Assembly (NCBI RefSeq): GCF_006345805.1
Contig: NC_042998.1
Span: 9,548,001 to 9,612,000 of the forward strand
From: Octopus sinensis
Lineage: Eukaryota
Length of the DNA stretch: 64,000 nucleotides
Direction of reading: 5' to 3'
This document shows, in pieces, positions 12,535 to 25,337 of the stretch. Made by a program: the position numbers and the translations under genes. Within the stretch, counting starts at the first letter, position 1; every line of letters starts with the position of its first letter. Under the pieces are notes generated by a model, which saw only the letters and a list, made by a program, of their open reading frames with translations, was not told where the DNA came from and did not search any database.

Positions 12535-12716
12535 AATTTTCTTTCAGCACAATATACAGATATTTTTCTTGACTTTGTTTCTCTATAATATAAATAATGA
12601 TAATGAAATTATTGTATACAGTGCTCAGGTGCACCACAACTTGTCAGAGTATAGTACAAATGTCTGGAAAGCAAACAATGCATGAGTCAGATACATGCTT
12701 GTGTATGTATGGAGGA

Positions 12717-12815
12717 GAGAAAATCAGGTGTAGTGTTGGCGAATCTCAGAAAGCATGGAAGTTTTGAGAAAATCAGGTGTAGTGTTGGCGAATCTCAGAA
12801 AGCATGGAAGTTTTG
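12717..12815. repeat. Perfect 49-bp tandem duplication (2 copies)
   Basis: AAAATCAGGTGTAGTGTTGGCGAATCTCAGAAAGCATGGAAGTTTTGA repeated at period 49. Confidence 0.95.
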
Positions 12816-13424
12816 AAAGATGCAGAGCTCCGACATTCCTAACATTTATTTTTCCTGGTATATTTCTACTGCCTCTGGTTTTATGGCAATATCTGAAGAT
12901 CTTGCAAACAGTCACAAGATAATAATTTATTAGTATTCAATCATTTCAGACATAATTATTCCAATACTGCTTATTCTAGAACCCTGCCTTGTCATGGGGA
13001 ACAAGCAAGTAAAATAACATCAAAATAGATCCATTTATCAAGACTACCCATGTGGAAATTCTAGCAGTAAGATCGGTTATATCTGACTTCACTGCAAGTT
13101 GTTGAAGTTTAATATGAATGTATGATTATTTTATATTCCAGGCAGTTACTGCAGAAATGTTGCTACTCTTAATTTCAGTTGAGAGAAAATTTTCCTCAGT
13201 AATTCAAGCTTTGGTGTTAATAAGATTTTATGTGTTCAGAATAAAAAACTTCTTTAGTCTTTAAAAGATGATATTGTCGATGGATTTGAAAAAAATATTA
13301 TTTTATGCCAATGTCATCTGATAACCTGAAATAATAAAGAAACAGTTTAAGACAGAGAAGATGCTTAGAAAGAAGAGACAGAGATTGTACAAAGGAATTT
13401 TAATACATTTATACTAATAAACTA

Positions 13425-13808
13425 GGCGCAGGAGTGGCTGTGTGGTAAGTAGCTTGCTAACCAACCACGTGGTTCCGGGTTCAGTCCCACTGCGTGGCAT
13501 CTTGGGCAAGTGTCTTCTGCTATAGCCTCGGGCCGACCAATGCCTTGTGAGTGGATTTGGTAGACGGAAACTGAAAGAAGCCTATCGTATATATGTATGT
13601 GTATGTGTGTTTGTTCCCCTAGCATTGCTTGACAACCAATGCTGGTGTGTTTACGTCCCCGTCACTTAGCGGTTCGGCAAAAGAGACCGATAGAATAAGT
13701 ACTGGGCTTACAAAAGAATAAGTCCCGGGGTCGATTTGCTCGACTAAAGGCGGTGCTCCAGCATGGCCGCAGTCAAATGACTGAAACAAGTAAAAGAGTA
13801 AAGAGTAA
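13425..13808 (+). mobile_element. SINE family A, young full-length copy
   Basis: Complete head, body and GAGTAAA tail. Confidence 0.92.
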
Positions 13809-13999
13809 ACTGTAAATTTAAATCTTTAATATTCAGATTACTGTCAAATGTAAAGCTTATTTATTTACATTGTTTTGGACTAATCCTGCATTATCTTGTA
13901 TGCACAAGAATTCAATGTGATTAATTTTTCTTTAGAATGATATTGTAAGTGTGAGAAGGTAGATCTGGCTGGTTTAAACATAAAATAGCTTGGAGTGTC

Positions 14000-14383
14000 G
14001 ACTGGCCTCCGTGCTGTGGGCACGTAACAAACACCATCCGATTGTGGCCATTGCCAGCCTCGCCTGGCCTCCGTGCCGGTGGAACGTAAAAAACACCATC
14101 CGAGCGTGACCATTCGCCAGCCTCGTTTGGCACCTGTGTCCGTGGCACATAAAAAAACACCATCCGAGCGTGGCCGTTCGCCAGCCTCATCTGGCACCTG
14201 TGTCGGTGGCACATAAAAAGCACCCACTACACTCACGGAGTGGTTGGCGTTAGGAAGGGCATCCAACTGTAGAAACACTGCCAGATCATACTGGAGCCTG
14301 GTGCAGCCTTCGGGCTTCACAGACCCCAGTTGAACCGTCCAACCCATGCTAGCATGGAAAGCGGATGTTAAACGATGATGATG
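14000..14383 (+). mobile_element. RTE 3' UTR copy
   Basis: 63-bp units, GGAAGGGCATCC block, GATGATGAT tail. Confidence 0.9.
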
Positions 14384-14691
14384 AGATAAAGAATTTGAGC
14401 CAGATATGGCTGGTTTAAACCTTTACCTGAATTTTACTTTCCAATCTATCACTAAAATTACATCCTACAACCTTGTGCTAAGTCCTTAATATTTGTAAAG
14501 TACAGTTATACCTTCATATTGTGCGCCATAGAATATGTTAAACTACAAAATTGTGCACTGAGCTTGGCACAACCCTGCAGTTTGCTGGTTCCCTGTCAAA
14601 CCTTCCTATCCATGCCAGAATGAAAGAGGTTAAATGATGATGATGCCATGTCATTTAGACATCAGTCAGACCTTTCATCAAAAGCATTCTA

Positions 14692-14887
14692 TACTCCTTT
14701 ACTTGTTTCAGTCATTTGACTGCGGCCATGCTGGAGCACCGCCTTTTAGTCGAGCAAATCGACCCCGGGATTTATTCTTTGTAAGCCCAGTACTTATTCA
14801 ATCAGTCTCTTTTGCCGAACCGCTAAGTTATGGGGACGTAAACACACCAGCATCGGTTGTCAAGCAATGCTAGGGGGACGAACACAT

Positions 14888-14920
<33 letters not shown>

Positions 14921-15091
14921 CATATATACGACAGGCTTCTTTCAGTTTCCGTCTACCAAATCCACTCACAAGGCATTGGTCGGCCCAGGGCTATAGTAGA
15001 AGACACTTGCCCAAGATGCCACGCAGTGGGACTGAACCCGGAACCATGTGGTTGGTTAGCAAGCTACTTACCACACAGCCACTCCTGCGCC
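14692..15091 (-). mobile_element. SINE family A, young full-length copy
   Basis: Inverted relative to the 13425 copy. Confidence 0.92.
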
Positions 15092-16309
15092 TATGATCAT
15101 CTTGCCTTTCATACAAAGTAAGTAGGACTACATCATTAATCAATGTAGCCTTCTTTTTTCTAAAACATTGGGGTGTAGTTTGAAGGACATTTGGTTGCTA
15201 CTTCCAACACATTGAATAATCACTTAGAGCCTACCTTGGAATGATTGCTTTTAGGTTTAGGGGTGCAACAAATTGGCATTAGACCAGATTCATGCTCCAT
15301 TTAAGTTTTACTTTTGGAATATATTTTCTTTCATCTATACTGTTCCACTTTTTACACATTTACTTTAACTTAACTTCAATTTTTCTTTTAAATGATACAA
15401 AATCATTTCAATAATTTATGCCCCCCCCCCATTATTCTCTTGTAAATGTTTTTTTAAACCTGTAGGACTTCCTTATCTTGTGTGCCCTTTCCCTTTAAAA
15501 ATAGTGGAATGTAATTTCAGCGAGATTTGGTTACTATTTCTAGCAAGTTAAACCCTCCTTTGTATTGAATTTTGTTTTTAGTCAAGAGTACTTTTGCTAG
15601 CAGAAAGTCTGACATTCATCAAAAGGTATCCAATGAAGACAGGTCTTCACATGATACAATTTAAAGAATGTGTTGTACAATAGTTCCAAAATTAATATAA
15701 GAATAGTCTAACTTACAGACTCAAGAAATGAAGATGCAAGGTTTTGAGGAATAATGAAAAGGAAAATCTTAGTTTGGTAACATGGCCATGAAAGTGTCAC
15801 CTTTTCCACTATTACTTTATTTGGAACCATGGAATTAAAATTTTTGCATGTTTAATCTAGGGCTGAATGTCAGAAAAAACACTTTCTTGAAGGTTTCGTT
15901 GGTTGCTACAATGACAGATTGCTTTGTGAGTTAATATGATTTAGGCACAAGACCAGCAATTCTGAGAAGAGATTATACAATTACATTGAGCACTGTCCTT
16001 GACTGGCATTTTATTTTATTGACCTCAGAGGGATAAAAAAGACAAAGCTGACCACAGTGGGATTTAAACTCAGAATGTAAAAGAGATGAAAGAAAAACAC
16101 TACTAAGTATTTTGTCCGGCACTTTTAACATTCTGCCAGCTGACAGTCTTAGCACCAATGTTATAACAAAGCATTGCCTCTGCAGAGATACCAGAATTCC
16201 CAGATTGGAATCAGGCAACTGAGTTAGCAACTTCATGCATACTGGCCACCTGCCAGTGACAAACAACTTCTTGCAAGGTATGTCTTCCCATTTTCATTAC
16301 CTCCATATG

Positions 16310-16420
16310 TGGGGGTCAGATGTTATGTTCTTCACCTTGGGGTTACCAATGCAATCTCCAAATCCAATGACAAGGGAATATTGAGTGAAGAAAAGGACAA
16401 AAATCTGCTGCTGATCAGGC
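16310..16420 (+). mobile_element. Possible CR1/L2-type LINE RT scrap
   Basis: CYVLHLGVTN resembles the CR1 motif CKVLHLG.NN; short and alone. Confidence 0.3.
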
Positions 16421-18805
16421 TGGTAGAGCATAGAAGTGATGAAAGCAATCCTGTGAAAGAAACTCTAGCTAGAAACTGTATGCTTAAACCTTTAGCATTC
16501 AAATTACTCTGTCAAATATGATGCTTATTTATTCATATTGCTTTGAATTAATCTTACATATCTCATAGTTTTGAGACTTCGATAATGTGGTTGTTATTTT
16601 TAGAATGACATAGTAGGTATGATAGGCAGGATCTGACCAGCTTGAACATAAAACAGGAAGAATGGTCAGGTCCGATACGGTCAGTTGAAATGCTAAAGGA
16701 TAAACCATCATTTCATCCTGAGAAACTGGCTTGGAGTGTTGATGGCTTTCACCACTCCATTAACCTTCGGAATCCAATAAGTTCAAATCACACCAACGCC
16801 AGTGTTGGTTACATAATTGTCAGGGGTACTGACTCTAGCCCTTGTTTTCAAGAAACTGACAGATTGAGCCATAAGTGTAAATAAGGTTTTTCTAGTCTGA
16901 AATTATGCTTGGTGCATATTTATTTAACCAGTAATGAAATCGACGTTAATAATATCCATAGACTTCTGAGGCTTATTTTATTTTATTTATTTACTTTATT
17001 TATCTAACCGATATATAAGATGGTGAAGTCTGCAATGTATACACCAATCACGATTTTTCTTTTACCATAGTGGCAATGCAGTTCAATTTCATCGAATCAC
17101 ACTGAAACATTAATGATAACTCATCAAATTTGCCTTTAAGGATACGTTCTGAGCTTTCTGGTGTAACATGCAATCTGAGAATTGTCCAGTTTGATATCCT
17201 ATTAAATTGAACTAGACGTCTCGTATCGCAATTGGCAACCACCTCACATTTCAAACATTTTCTGGAAGGCTCAAACTATAGAATCAATTACTAATTACAC
17301 AGGCATCTTCCAAGTAAAGTATTTGGATCACCTTCGATTGCTGCATCATCGAAGTAAATAATTTAATATTTTATTTTGGCCACATGTTAAATAACAGATA
17401 ACAAGAAAAATAAAAGAAATTATGCAATTTCTTTTAACGACCATGTAATTAATATTATGGCAACGAAAGAAAAATCTTAATAACATTATAATGTAGCACT
17501 GTTTCTGTAAACTTCAGTTTTTAAAGTGTATCTCAGAATGGGGACAGCTGAATACAGTAGTTCACTCACTATGATCTATTTTTTTATACATATCTTAAGA
17601 TCTCTTTTCCCATGGCATAAACATTTATTTCACTGATTCAATACATAGTCGAAAAACAACAATAGTCTACGGTTTCTGTTCTTTTAACATGCGTTTTCTA
17701 AAGCATAAAATACTATAAATATTTTTTACCTTTTATTAATACTATATGCAAGTGTGTGTGTCAGCCTTGAGCGATCAGACAGATTTATGATAAAATATAT
17801 AAAATATATTCCAGCTGTGACCATGCAGGGCTGTTTTTGTTTTTTGTTTTCTTTCTCAGATTAAAAAAACGCATAACATTAAAACTAAAACAAGGAAAAA
17901 AGTCCCAGTTTACTTACAATACAAATCGATAGTATTATTACTGAAAAAAATATCAGTCATTGTAATATACTGTTTTGCTGTGTAATGATTACAAACAAGT
18001 TATTGAATGGTTAAAAGCGTATGAAATTTTTGAGAAAAATAAACTTGAGCAAATTTTAGCCACATAATCATCACCGCCCTCGAAAACGTATCTCAGCCAA
18101 ATTTCATTAAAAAAATATGCAAAATTGAAAAAGTTACGTGAGTAGGTATACCAAATTGTAGTTTTGTCAATAAAAGACCTCAGGTTATTAATTCAGCTGT
18201 ATTTTGGTAAAAAATAAAATATCGAATTCGATGTTTGTAAAACTTACCGACGTAGGCGAATTGTGAAATATAGCAGATGCCGTATTTAAGGTCGAGAAGG
18301 GACAATTAGCCTTGCCACCGACTTTTAATTCATGAAATTATTTCTCCAGACAATAATATAATATTTCTTAAAATCAGTCTAATATCTAATTGCACTAGAT
18401 TGATAAATAGATATGGTGCACGATGAGTTGGATGTAGCGAGAAAATCTGAGCAGCAACAGAGAAAAACCAGCTTCTAATGAACACTTAATTGCATAAAAG
18501 ACAAGTGTTTGAAAGGAAATTATACAAAATTTATTTTTAAGGGGAATTAACTCTCGTACTCTTAGAGCGAGAGTGAGTCAGGGGTAATCTGCGGCCCGCA
18601 GGGACTCTCTACAGGGCACGCCCAAGAAAAACTTACCTTGAATTTTTTTCAATATTGCGGCCCGCCTTATGAGCCATGTCTTATGCGGTCTGCTTCTCGA
18701 AAAAGGGTGTCCATTCATGAAGGAACTTCTCATCATCTCAATATCGAGTATTAATAATTCGGGGATATTAGCTAGCGTTTTAACTTTCGTTAACTTTAGT
18801 TTTCT

Positions 18806-19121
18806 GGTACTATTTAAGAAGAGTGGTCCCGGTGCGCGCACTCGCGTACTCGCGCATCCACGCTAGCTAGTCGTGACTAGTCGATCCTAAAATGACTACC
18901 AAGCAAAGTAAATAAAACACAAAATAAATAATTTTTTTTACACAAAGTAAATAATTTTTTAAACAAAATAAATCAAACACAAAAAACACAAAGTAAGTAA
19001 TTTTTTAAACAAAGTAAATAAAACAAAAACCCAAAGTAAGGATCGACTAGTCACGACTAGCTAGCGCGGATGCGCGAGTACGCGAGTGCGCGCACCGGGA
19101 CCACTCTTCTTAAATAGTACC
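18806..19121. mobile_element. Young MITE, Merlin-like: 83-bp TIRs, 8-bp TSD
   Basis: TIRs 18806-18888 and 19039-19121 differ by 1 mismatch and start GGTAC (fits GGNRM). AGTTTTCT is duplicated at 18798-18805 and 19122-19129. Confidence 0.75.
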
Positions 19122-19616
19122 AGTTTTCTTTTTAATTTACACAAATGAATGAAATTAATTATATTTTTATTTATTTTTAGCTGTTACTTGCCGGGCAAAT
19201 AATTTTATCTGACCCGTGTGTTGAAACTAAAACGATTGCAGCGTGGGAGAAATATTAGTCATTTAAAAATCATACAAAAACTGCAAATAATAATTAAGTG
19301 AAATTAATAATCTTTGGCAGAATTCTCCTTTAAGCACCCCATATGACCTTTCATAATTATATTATTCTTTTGGAATTTTCAGGAAAATTTTGCGAATTTG
19401 TATTCTGCACTCAGGAATTCATACAATTATGTAAAATCAACAAAAATTGTGTATGATTTGAGGGCAATTTAGCTGTTATTTTTGGTACATTTCACGACCA
19501 CTTGATAGAGTCCTCGTTTGTTTGTCTCTCAGACGTATTGATGTTTTTCAATATCTTTCTCCCTATACGCTCATTCAATGATCGATTGCCGGGGTTTAAT
19601 AAAAAAACTTCGAACT

Positions 19617-19896
19617 TTTACTCTCTCTCTTTACTCTTTTACTTGTTTCAGTCATTTGACTGCGGCCATGCTGGAGCACCGCCTTTAATCGAGCAACTCG
19701 ACCCCGGGACTTATTCTTCTGTAAGCCCAGTACTTATTCTATCAGTCTCTTTTGCCGAACCGCTAGGTAACGGGGACATAAACACACCAGCAACGGTTGT
19801 CAAGCAATGCTAGGGGGACAAACACACTCACACAAACACATACACACACATACGTGGTTAGTAGACAAGCTACTTACCACACAGCCACTCCTGTGC
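19617..19896 (-). mobile_element. SINE family A with internal deletion
   Basis: Tail half is joined directly to the head at about 19853. Confidence 0.85.
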
Positions 19897-20379
19897 CTGT
19901 TCGTATTTTACCAAAAAAAATCGTAAAATTAAAAAAAAGCTTAAATTGTTTCTTTTTACATAGCCGTATGACTTTTCATGTGTTGAATACAAATTCGCGA
20001 AAATTTCTCGAAAATTCCCAAACAAAAAAAGATTATGAGGGGTTATATGGAGTACTTAAAGCAGAATTCTGCTCAGTTTTTGCTGCAATGGTTATTTTTC
20101 TTTCTGTCTTTATCAACAAAGGGTTGATAAAAAATTGGGGCCAGTATGGGATGATACAGTGTGGGAGTACATGGAGGAACGTGTAAAAAGTAAAATAGCA
20201 AAAACAAAGAAGCAATAAATTTCAAACAAGGAATAATTGCCCAAAATAACTGTTTCTGATTTAGGAACCAGGTCAACAATTTTGACGGGAGGGGTTAATT
20301 GATACCATTGATCTCGGTACTAGATTGGTATTCGCAATACCCCGCCACCTCTGCTCTGGGGAAAAAATTTCACACACCC

Positions 20380-21120
20380 TACCACAACAAACTAAACTAC
20401 ATCTCTTCCCTTCCTCACATTTCCCCTTTTTCATGCACTATGCTTAAACTTATCTCTCACTCCCTAATCCTGTCCTCACTATCATTGTTATCCTCTTGAC
20501 CCCTACCTCCTCTATATACCCCCATTTCACCAGTCACTGCATTTCCCACCCCCACACTTTGCATTCATGTAAAGTCCCTACTCCCAGCTCATGCACTCTT
20601 GGCAACACTCTACCACCCCATTTATACTCCGATCTCTGTACCTTGAGGGTATGCACTGACACTTCACCACCATCGATCTCCCGCTCTCTCTTGCACTCTT
20701 TCTCTCCCTCTGACTGGGTAACCATGTCTCTCCTCTACAGCAAGACACCTGTTTCTATCTGTGTCACACTCTAACCTCTCATCACCTGGCAAAAGGCCAC
20801 CTCTACCAACCCCACTGGCCCAAAGGATCTTTGTCCTGCAAGTAACTTGGTAACCTCACCAGGTGTTGGTGCATCCAGTCCGCACAGTATAGTGGTTGAT
20901 GTTTGGAAGGGCATCCAGCAGTAAAAACTAAGCTAAAAAAGGCCTTACCTGTACTGGAGCTATGTGAAAAGCACCCTCAGTCCACTCTGTAAGATGGCTG
21001 GTGTTAGGGAGGTTATCCAGCCGTAAAAACCCTGCCAAAACAGACAGTGAGGCCTGGTGCAATTTTCTGCCTAGCCATCCAACCCATGCCAGCATGGAAA
21101 ACAGACATTGAATGAATAAT
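20380..21120 (+). mobile_element. Old RTE-type 3' UTR family (pyrimidine-rich stretch plus GGAAGGGCATCCAG blocks)
   Basis: Shares sequence with 39240-40260 and ends in the same CCAACCCATGCCAGCATGGAA...AATAAT tail. Confidence 0.6.
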
Positions 21121-21687
21121 AATAATAATAATAATAATAATGGTTTCAAATTTTGTCCCAAGGATAGCACTTTTGAGGGAGGGGATGAGTCGATTACATT
21201 GACCCCAGTGTTTCACTGGTACTTAATTTATTGACCCTGAAAGGATGAAAGGCAAAGTCAACCTTGGTAGAATTTGAACTCAGAATGTAAAGTCTGGCGA
21301 AATACCGCCAAGCATTTTGTCCAGTGTGTTAACCATTCTGCCACTTCGTTGCCTTCTTGATGATGATGATGATGACGACGACGACCCTTTCTACTAAAGG
21401 CACAAGACCTGAAATTTGGGGTAAGTAGATTAGTCGATTATGTTGACCCTGCAAAGATGAAAGGCAGAGTCAGCTTTGGTAGAATGTTTAGCAAGAAGAA
21501 AAGCTGCTAAACATTTTGCCCAGTCAGCTAACAGTTTTGCCAGCTCACCACTTTAATAATAATAATAACCCTTTTTTACAATGGGACGCAAGACCTGAAC
21601 CATTGGTACAAAGCCTTTTAAAGAATTACTTAAAATTTAAGTTGCAAGTTTGTGGAAGTCTGGGTATTTCTTCATTTCCAGGTCAAA

Positions 21688-22049
21688 TCTTTATATATAA
21701 AAGTGAGGTTGTGTGCTGTCTGTCTCCTACGATTTAGATTCTTAACTACTCCCACATTTTGCGGTGCAGTTTAACCAAAACCGGGTATCTTATAGTCGTG
21801 ATTCATATCGAGCCCTTCAGAGTATTAGCGCGCGTCTACGATTTAAAAAAAAAGTTACCATCAATTTTTGGCATATATAAGGGAAGTAACTCTCTAAGAA
21901 TTTATTAAATCTCAGAACGTAAAAAGCTACAGTAACACCCCCCCTTTGTGGTTAGCCATATTGAGATGGCTATTATACTTTACATCTCTGAAAATGCTTA
22001 TATAGTTATCTCCCTTACAAACCCAAGCAACGCCGGGCGATACTGCTAG
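21688..22049 (+). mobile_element. Non-autonomous Helitron
   Basis: A|TC start, CTAG|T end, subterminal CCCAAGCAACGCCGGG hairpin, no TSD; second copy at 56533. Confidence 0.85.
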
Positions 22050-22261
22050 TTTGAAAATAAAAGTATTTATGTTATTGAAAGTAATTGTTTTCCTAACCAA
22101 AAAGTGAAAATATTTTCCCACAAAATAAAACTCTTCAGTAAAGAAAGCAAAATAGTAGACAATAGAGTGTTGACTATAAAGCATTCAGTGTGATGCTGAA
22201 CTTTTCTATCTTATCATTAGTTATGATTTTACAGTTTCTCTTGTCTTACTTTTATATTCAG

Positions 22262-22410
22262 TGACACAGCTACAAGAGATGGGATATGCAGAATTCTTGG
22301 GTACAATTTGTTTAAGAGAAATGTCTCTGAATTGTAGATCTGCTTTTAAATATTGTCATGATGTTGTACACACTGCAGATTCGAAGTCTTGCAAACATGC
22401 TTCTTATTAT
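22262..22410 (+). CDS. Candidate exon of an unidentified gene (UBA-like QLQEMGY motif)
   Basis: Polypyrimidine tract plus CAG acceptor; TAT|GTAAGG donor; open frame TQLQEMGYAEFLGTICLREMSLNCRSAFKYCHDVVHTADSKSCKHASYY. Confidence 0.5.
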
Positions 22411-22533
22411 GTAAGGCAGACAGGTTGTTGCTGCTTTTTGACTTACATCTTTGCTGTTGGAAGCTAATCCTTATCATCTTTTACTGGTGTGTGTTTGGGT
22501 TACTACTTACAGTCAATGTTGTAGGCCATAGAC

Positions 22534-22734
22534 CAGTGGTTTTCAACCAGGGTTCTGCCAGTACAGTCCAGGGGTTCCACAAGAAGTTACAAAACTGCTA
22601 AAATCAGCAGTAATTTTTAATTCTCCTGTGCAGATATGTATGCATAAGACTATTAAATTATTGCACAGGGGTTCCTCGAGCCAGTGGAATGTTTCCTTGG
22701 GGTTCCGCCCCAGCAAAACGTTTGAAAGGCACTG
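22534..22734. mobile_element. hAT (Charlie-like) MITE
   Basis: CAGTGGTTTTCAA...TTTGAAAGGCACTG ends; 8-bp TSD CCATAGAC on both sides. Confidence 0.9.
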
Positions 22735-22766
22735 CCATAGACAATCCTTTTCTTCCTGTTGTATAG

Positions 22767-22835
22767 GTGCAGGAATTAAATATGGCCCAGCGAAATGTAC
22801 TTACTTGCCTGCTTATGATGACCTATCAAAAGTGA
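22767..22835 (+). CDS. Candidate exon of the unidentified gene (3' end uncertain)
   Basis: TTTTCTTCCTGTTGTATAG acceptor, phase 0 compatible with 22410; VQELNMAQRNVLTCLLMMTYQK*. An internal donor may be used. Confidence 0.35.
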   Translation: MQELNMAQRNVLTCLLMMTYQK

Positions 22836-22854
22836 TGACAGTGTCTATCCAGGA

Positions 22855-23870
22855 CATTCATCCTCCTCCTCCTCCAGCACATTGTATCTTATGGGAAACG
22901 TGGCTGACAAGAGAGCCATAAGATAAGCAGATTAGGGCAGAGCAAGTGACCTGAACAACAGCCACAGGGGGTTGGCAGTCTCCTGCATTTGGTTTCAAAG
23001 CACTCTGATTCAGCACATGCCTCCCAAACAACAGCCAGGGCCGCCAACTGATTGGGAGGGAGACAACAGAAAATGAGGCCATTGCTTTAGATCTCTTACT
23101 CTTTTACTTGTTTCAGTCATTTGACTGCGGCCATGCTGGAGCACCGCCTTTAGTCGAGCAAATCGGACTTATTCTTTTGTAAGCCCAGTACTTATTCTAT
23201 CGGTCTCTTTTGCCGAACCACTAAGTAACGGGGACATAAACACAGCAGCATCGGTTGTCAAGCAATGCTAGGGGGACAAACACAGACACACAAACATATA
23301 TATATATACGACAGGCGTCTTTCAGTTTCCGTCTACCAAATCCACTCACAAAGCATTGGTTGGCCCGGGGCTATAGCAGAAGACACTTACCCAAGATGCC
23401 ATGCAGTGGGACTGAACCCGGAACCATGTGGTTGGTTAGCAAGCTACTTACCACACGATCATGAAAATAAAAGTTTTGGGTGTGCATGAGGCCCGACTCT
23501 AGCTTTGAGCTCACTGAAGAGGATCATCATCTAAGGGAACCAGTAGTCTGGTATTTGAATCATATGGGCGACCCAGCAGAGATGGTAGTGAAGGATGCAG
23601 GCCTCAATGCTGTTGTTCCCAGCCGCCAGGGGGATGTTGGTATGAGGTACCTTCTCCTGTGATGATCTGAAGCAATCTGAAATGGAATCGGAGTTGTTTG
23701 ATTTGGTGCCAATAAATGGTTCTGGACTCAGACTTGTACAAGGCAGTAGGTACACAGAGGGCTCAGTTCCAGTGAATGTAGTTTTGCGATATAAAAATGT
23801 AAGCACTCTGTCGGTTACAACGATGAGGGTCCCAGCTGATACGATCAATGGAACAGCTTGCTCGTGGAAT
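22855..23870 (-). mobile_element. Old RTE LINE 3' remnant split by a SINE A (23094-23456)
   Basis: EKVPHTNIPLAAGNNSIEACILHYHLCWVAHMIQ..LFSEL, then a CCHH-like CSALICLSYGSLVSHV. Confidence 0.7.
23094..23456 (-). mobile_element. SINE family A
   Basis: Match to the family; extreme 5' head truncated. Confidence 0.9.
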
Positions 23871-23871
23871 T

Positions 23872-24120
23872 AACGTGCAAGTGACTGAGCAATCCACAGA
23901 CACGAGTACCCTTAATGTAGTTCTCGGGGATATTTAGCATGAAACAGAGTGTGACAAGGCCGGCCCTTTGAAATACAGGTACAACTCATTTTTGCCAGCT
24001 GAGTGGACTGGAGCAATGTGAAATAAAGTGTCTTGTTCAAGGACACAACGCATCGCCGGGAATCAAACTCACGACCTTACAATCGTCAGTTGAATGCCCT
24101 AACCACTAAGCCACGCACCT
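23872..24120 (-). mobile_element. tRNA-derived SINE related to family D
   Basis: A/B-box head at about 24120; body shares GGCCGGCCCTTTGAAATACAGGTACAAC with the 32726 copy. Confidence 0.75.
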
Positions 24121-24342
24121 TCAAGAAAGCCAATTGCCTTTTCAGTTGGGACAGTATTTGAAGTCTTACTGAATACTTGTGCATCTTCTTGACAAGTCCA
24201 GAGTATAAAGGTGTCATCTATGTAATTACATTAGTGAGACTTGCTATCCATAGAAAGTGAGGCATGGAACACCTAAGCAGCATAATCTGTAGGGAGACAT
24301 AAAAATATATATATAGCTGACCCTTTGTAAAAGGTAATGGTA

Positions 24343-24690
24343 ACTCTTTTACTTGTTTCAGTCATTTGACTGCGGCCATGCTGGAGCACCGCCTTTAGTC
24401 GTGCAAATCGACGCCGGGACTTATTCTTTGTAAGCCCAGTACTTATTCTATCGGTCTCTTTTGCCGAACCGCTAAGTGACGGGGATGTAAACACACTAGC
24501 ATCGGTTGTCAAGCAATGCTAGGGGGACAAACACACACATATATATATATACATACGACGGGCTTCTTTCAGTTTCCGTCTACCAAATCCACTCACAAAG
24601 CATTGGTGGGCCCAGGGCTATAGCAGAAGACACTTGCCCAAGATGCAACACAGTGGGACTGAACCCGGAACCATGTGGTTGGTAAGTCAC
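24343..24690 (-). mobile_element. SINE family A
   Basis: Match to the family; head truncated. Confidence 0.9.
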
Positions 24691-25337
24691 TAACCCTTGT
24701 GGAAGAAAGTGAAGATAAATAAGGACCAAAATCAGAAGACAATGTTTAAAGAATCATTACATATGCTAGGCTTTGATAACCTCTTCAGTTGGACGAACAG
24801 AGATATGGGAGTCTGTAAACCTTAAGCATATTACCATGAGAAAATGTTAGATTCTAATGGGGGGAAAATGAATACTTGTATATAGATGCTTATATTAAAG
24901 TTACTATTTTTGAAGTAATTTTATTAAAAATATAGGGACAGGTATGGTTGTGCTGTTAAGCTTGCTTTCCAGTTGTCTCACTGTGTGATACCATGACTTC
25001 TATTACAACCCTGGGCCAACCATAGACTTAAGAGTAGATTTGTAGATGGAAACTGAAAGAAGCCCATGTCTGTGCAAGTTGCTATCTTATTGCATAACAC
25101 AAGCATCATACAAGTGGTAGCTTTCATTTCCAAACTTCTGTGGGAACATGTCCAGCCAAAGGGAAAGATTACTTCCAGCAACAGGAAGGGCATTCAGTCA
25201 TAGAAAATTTGCCTCCACAATTTTTATTCAACCCATGCAAACATCATTATTTTAATAGCCACATTTGTGGCTATTAAAATATTAAAATGATGTTTGTAGG
25301 GTACAAAAAAAAAAAAACTGGATTTAATATCATATAG

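Noticed and set aside
20122-20189. Possible upstream exon of the unidentified gene (VDKKLGPVWDDTVWEYMEERVK)
   Set aside because: Splice sites are weak or ambiguous and all three frames are partly open; cannot be supported without transcripts.
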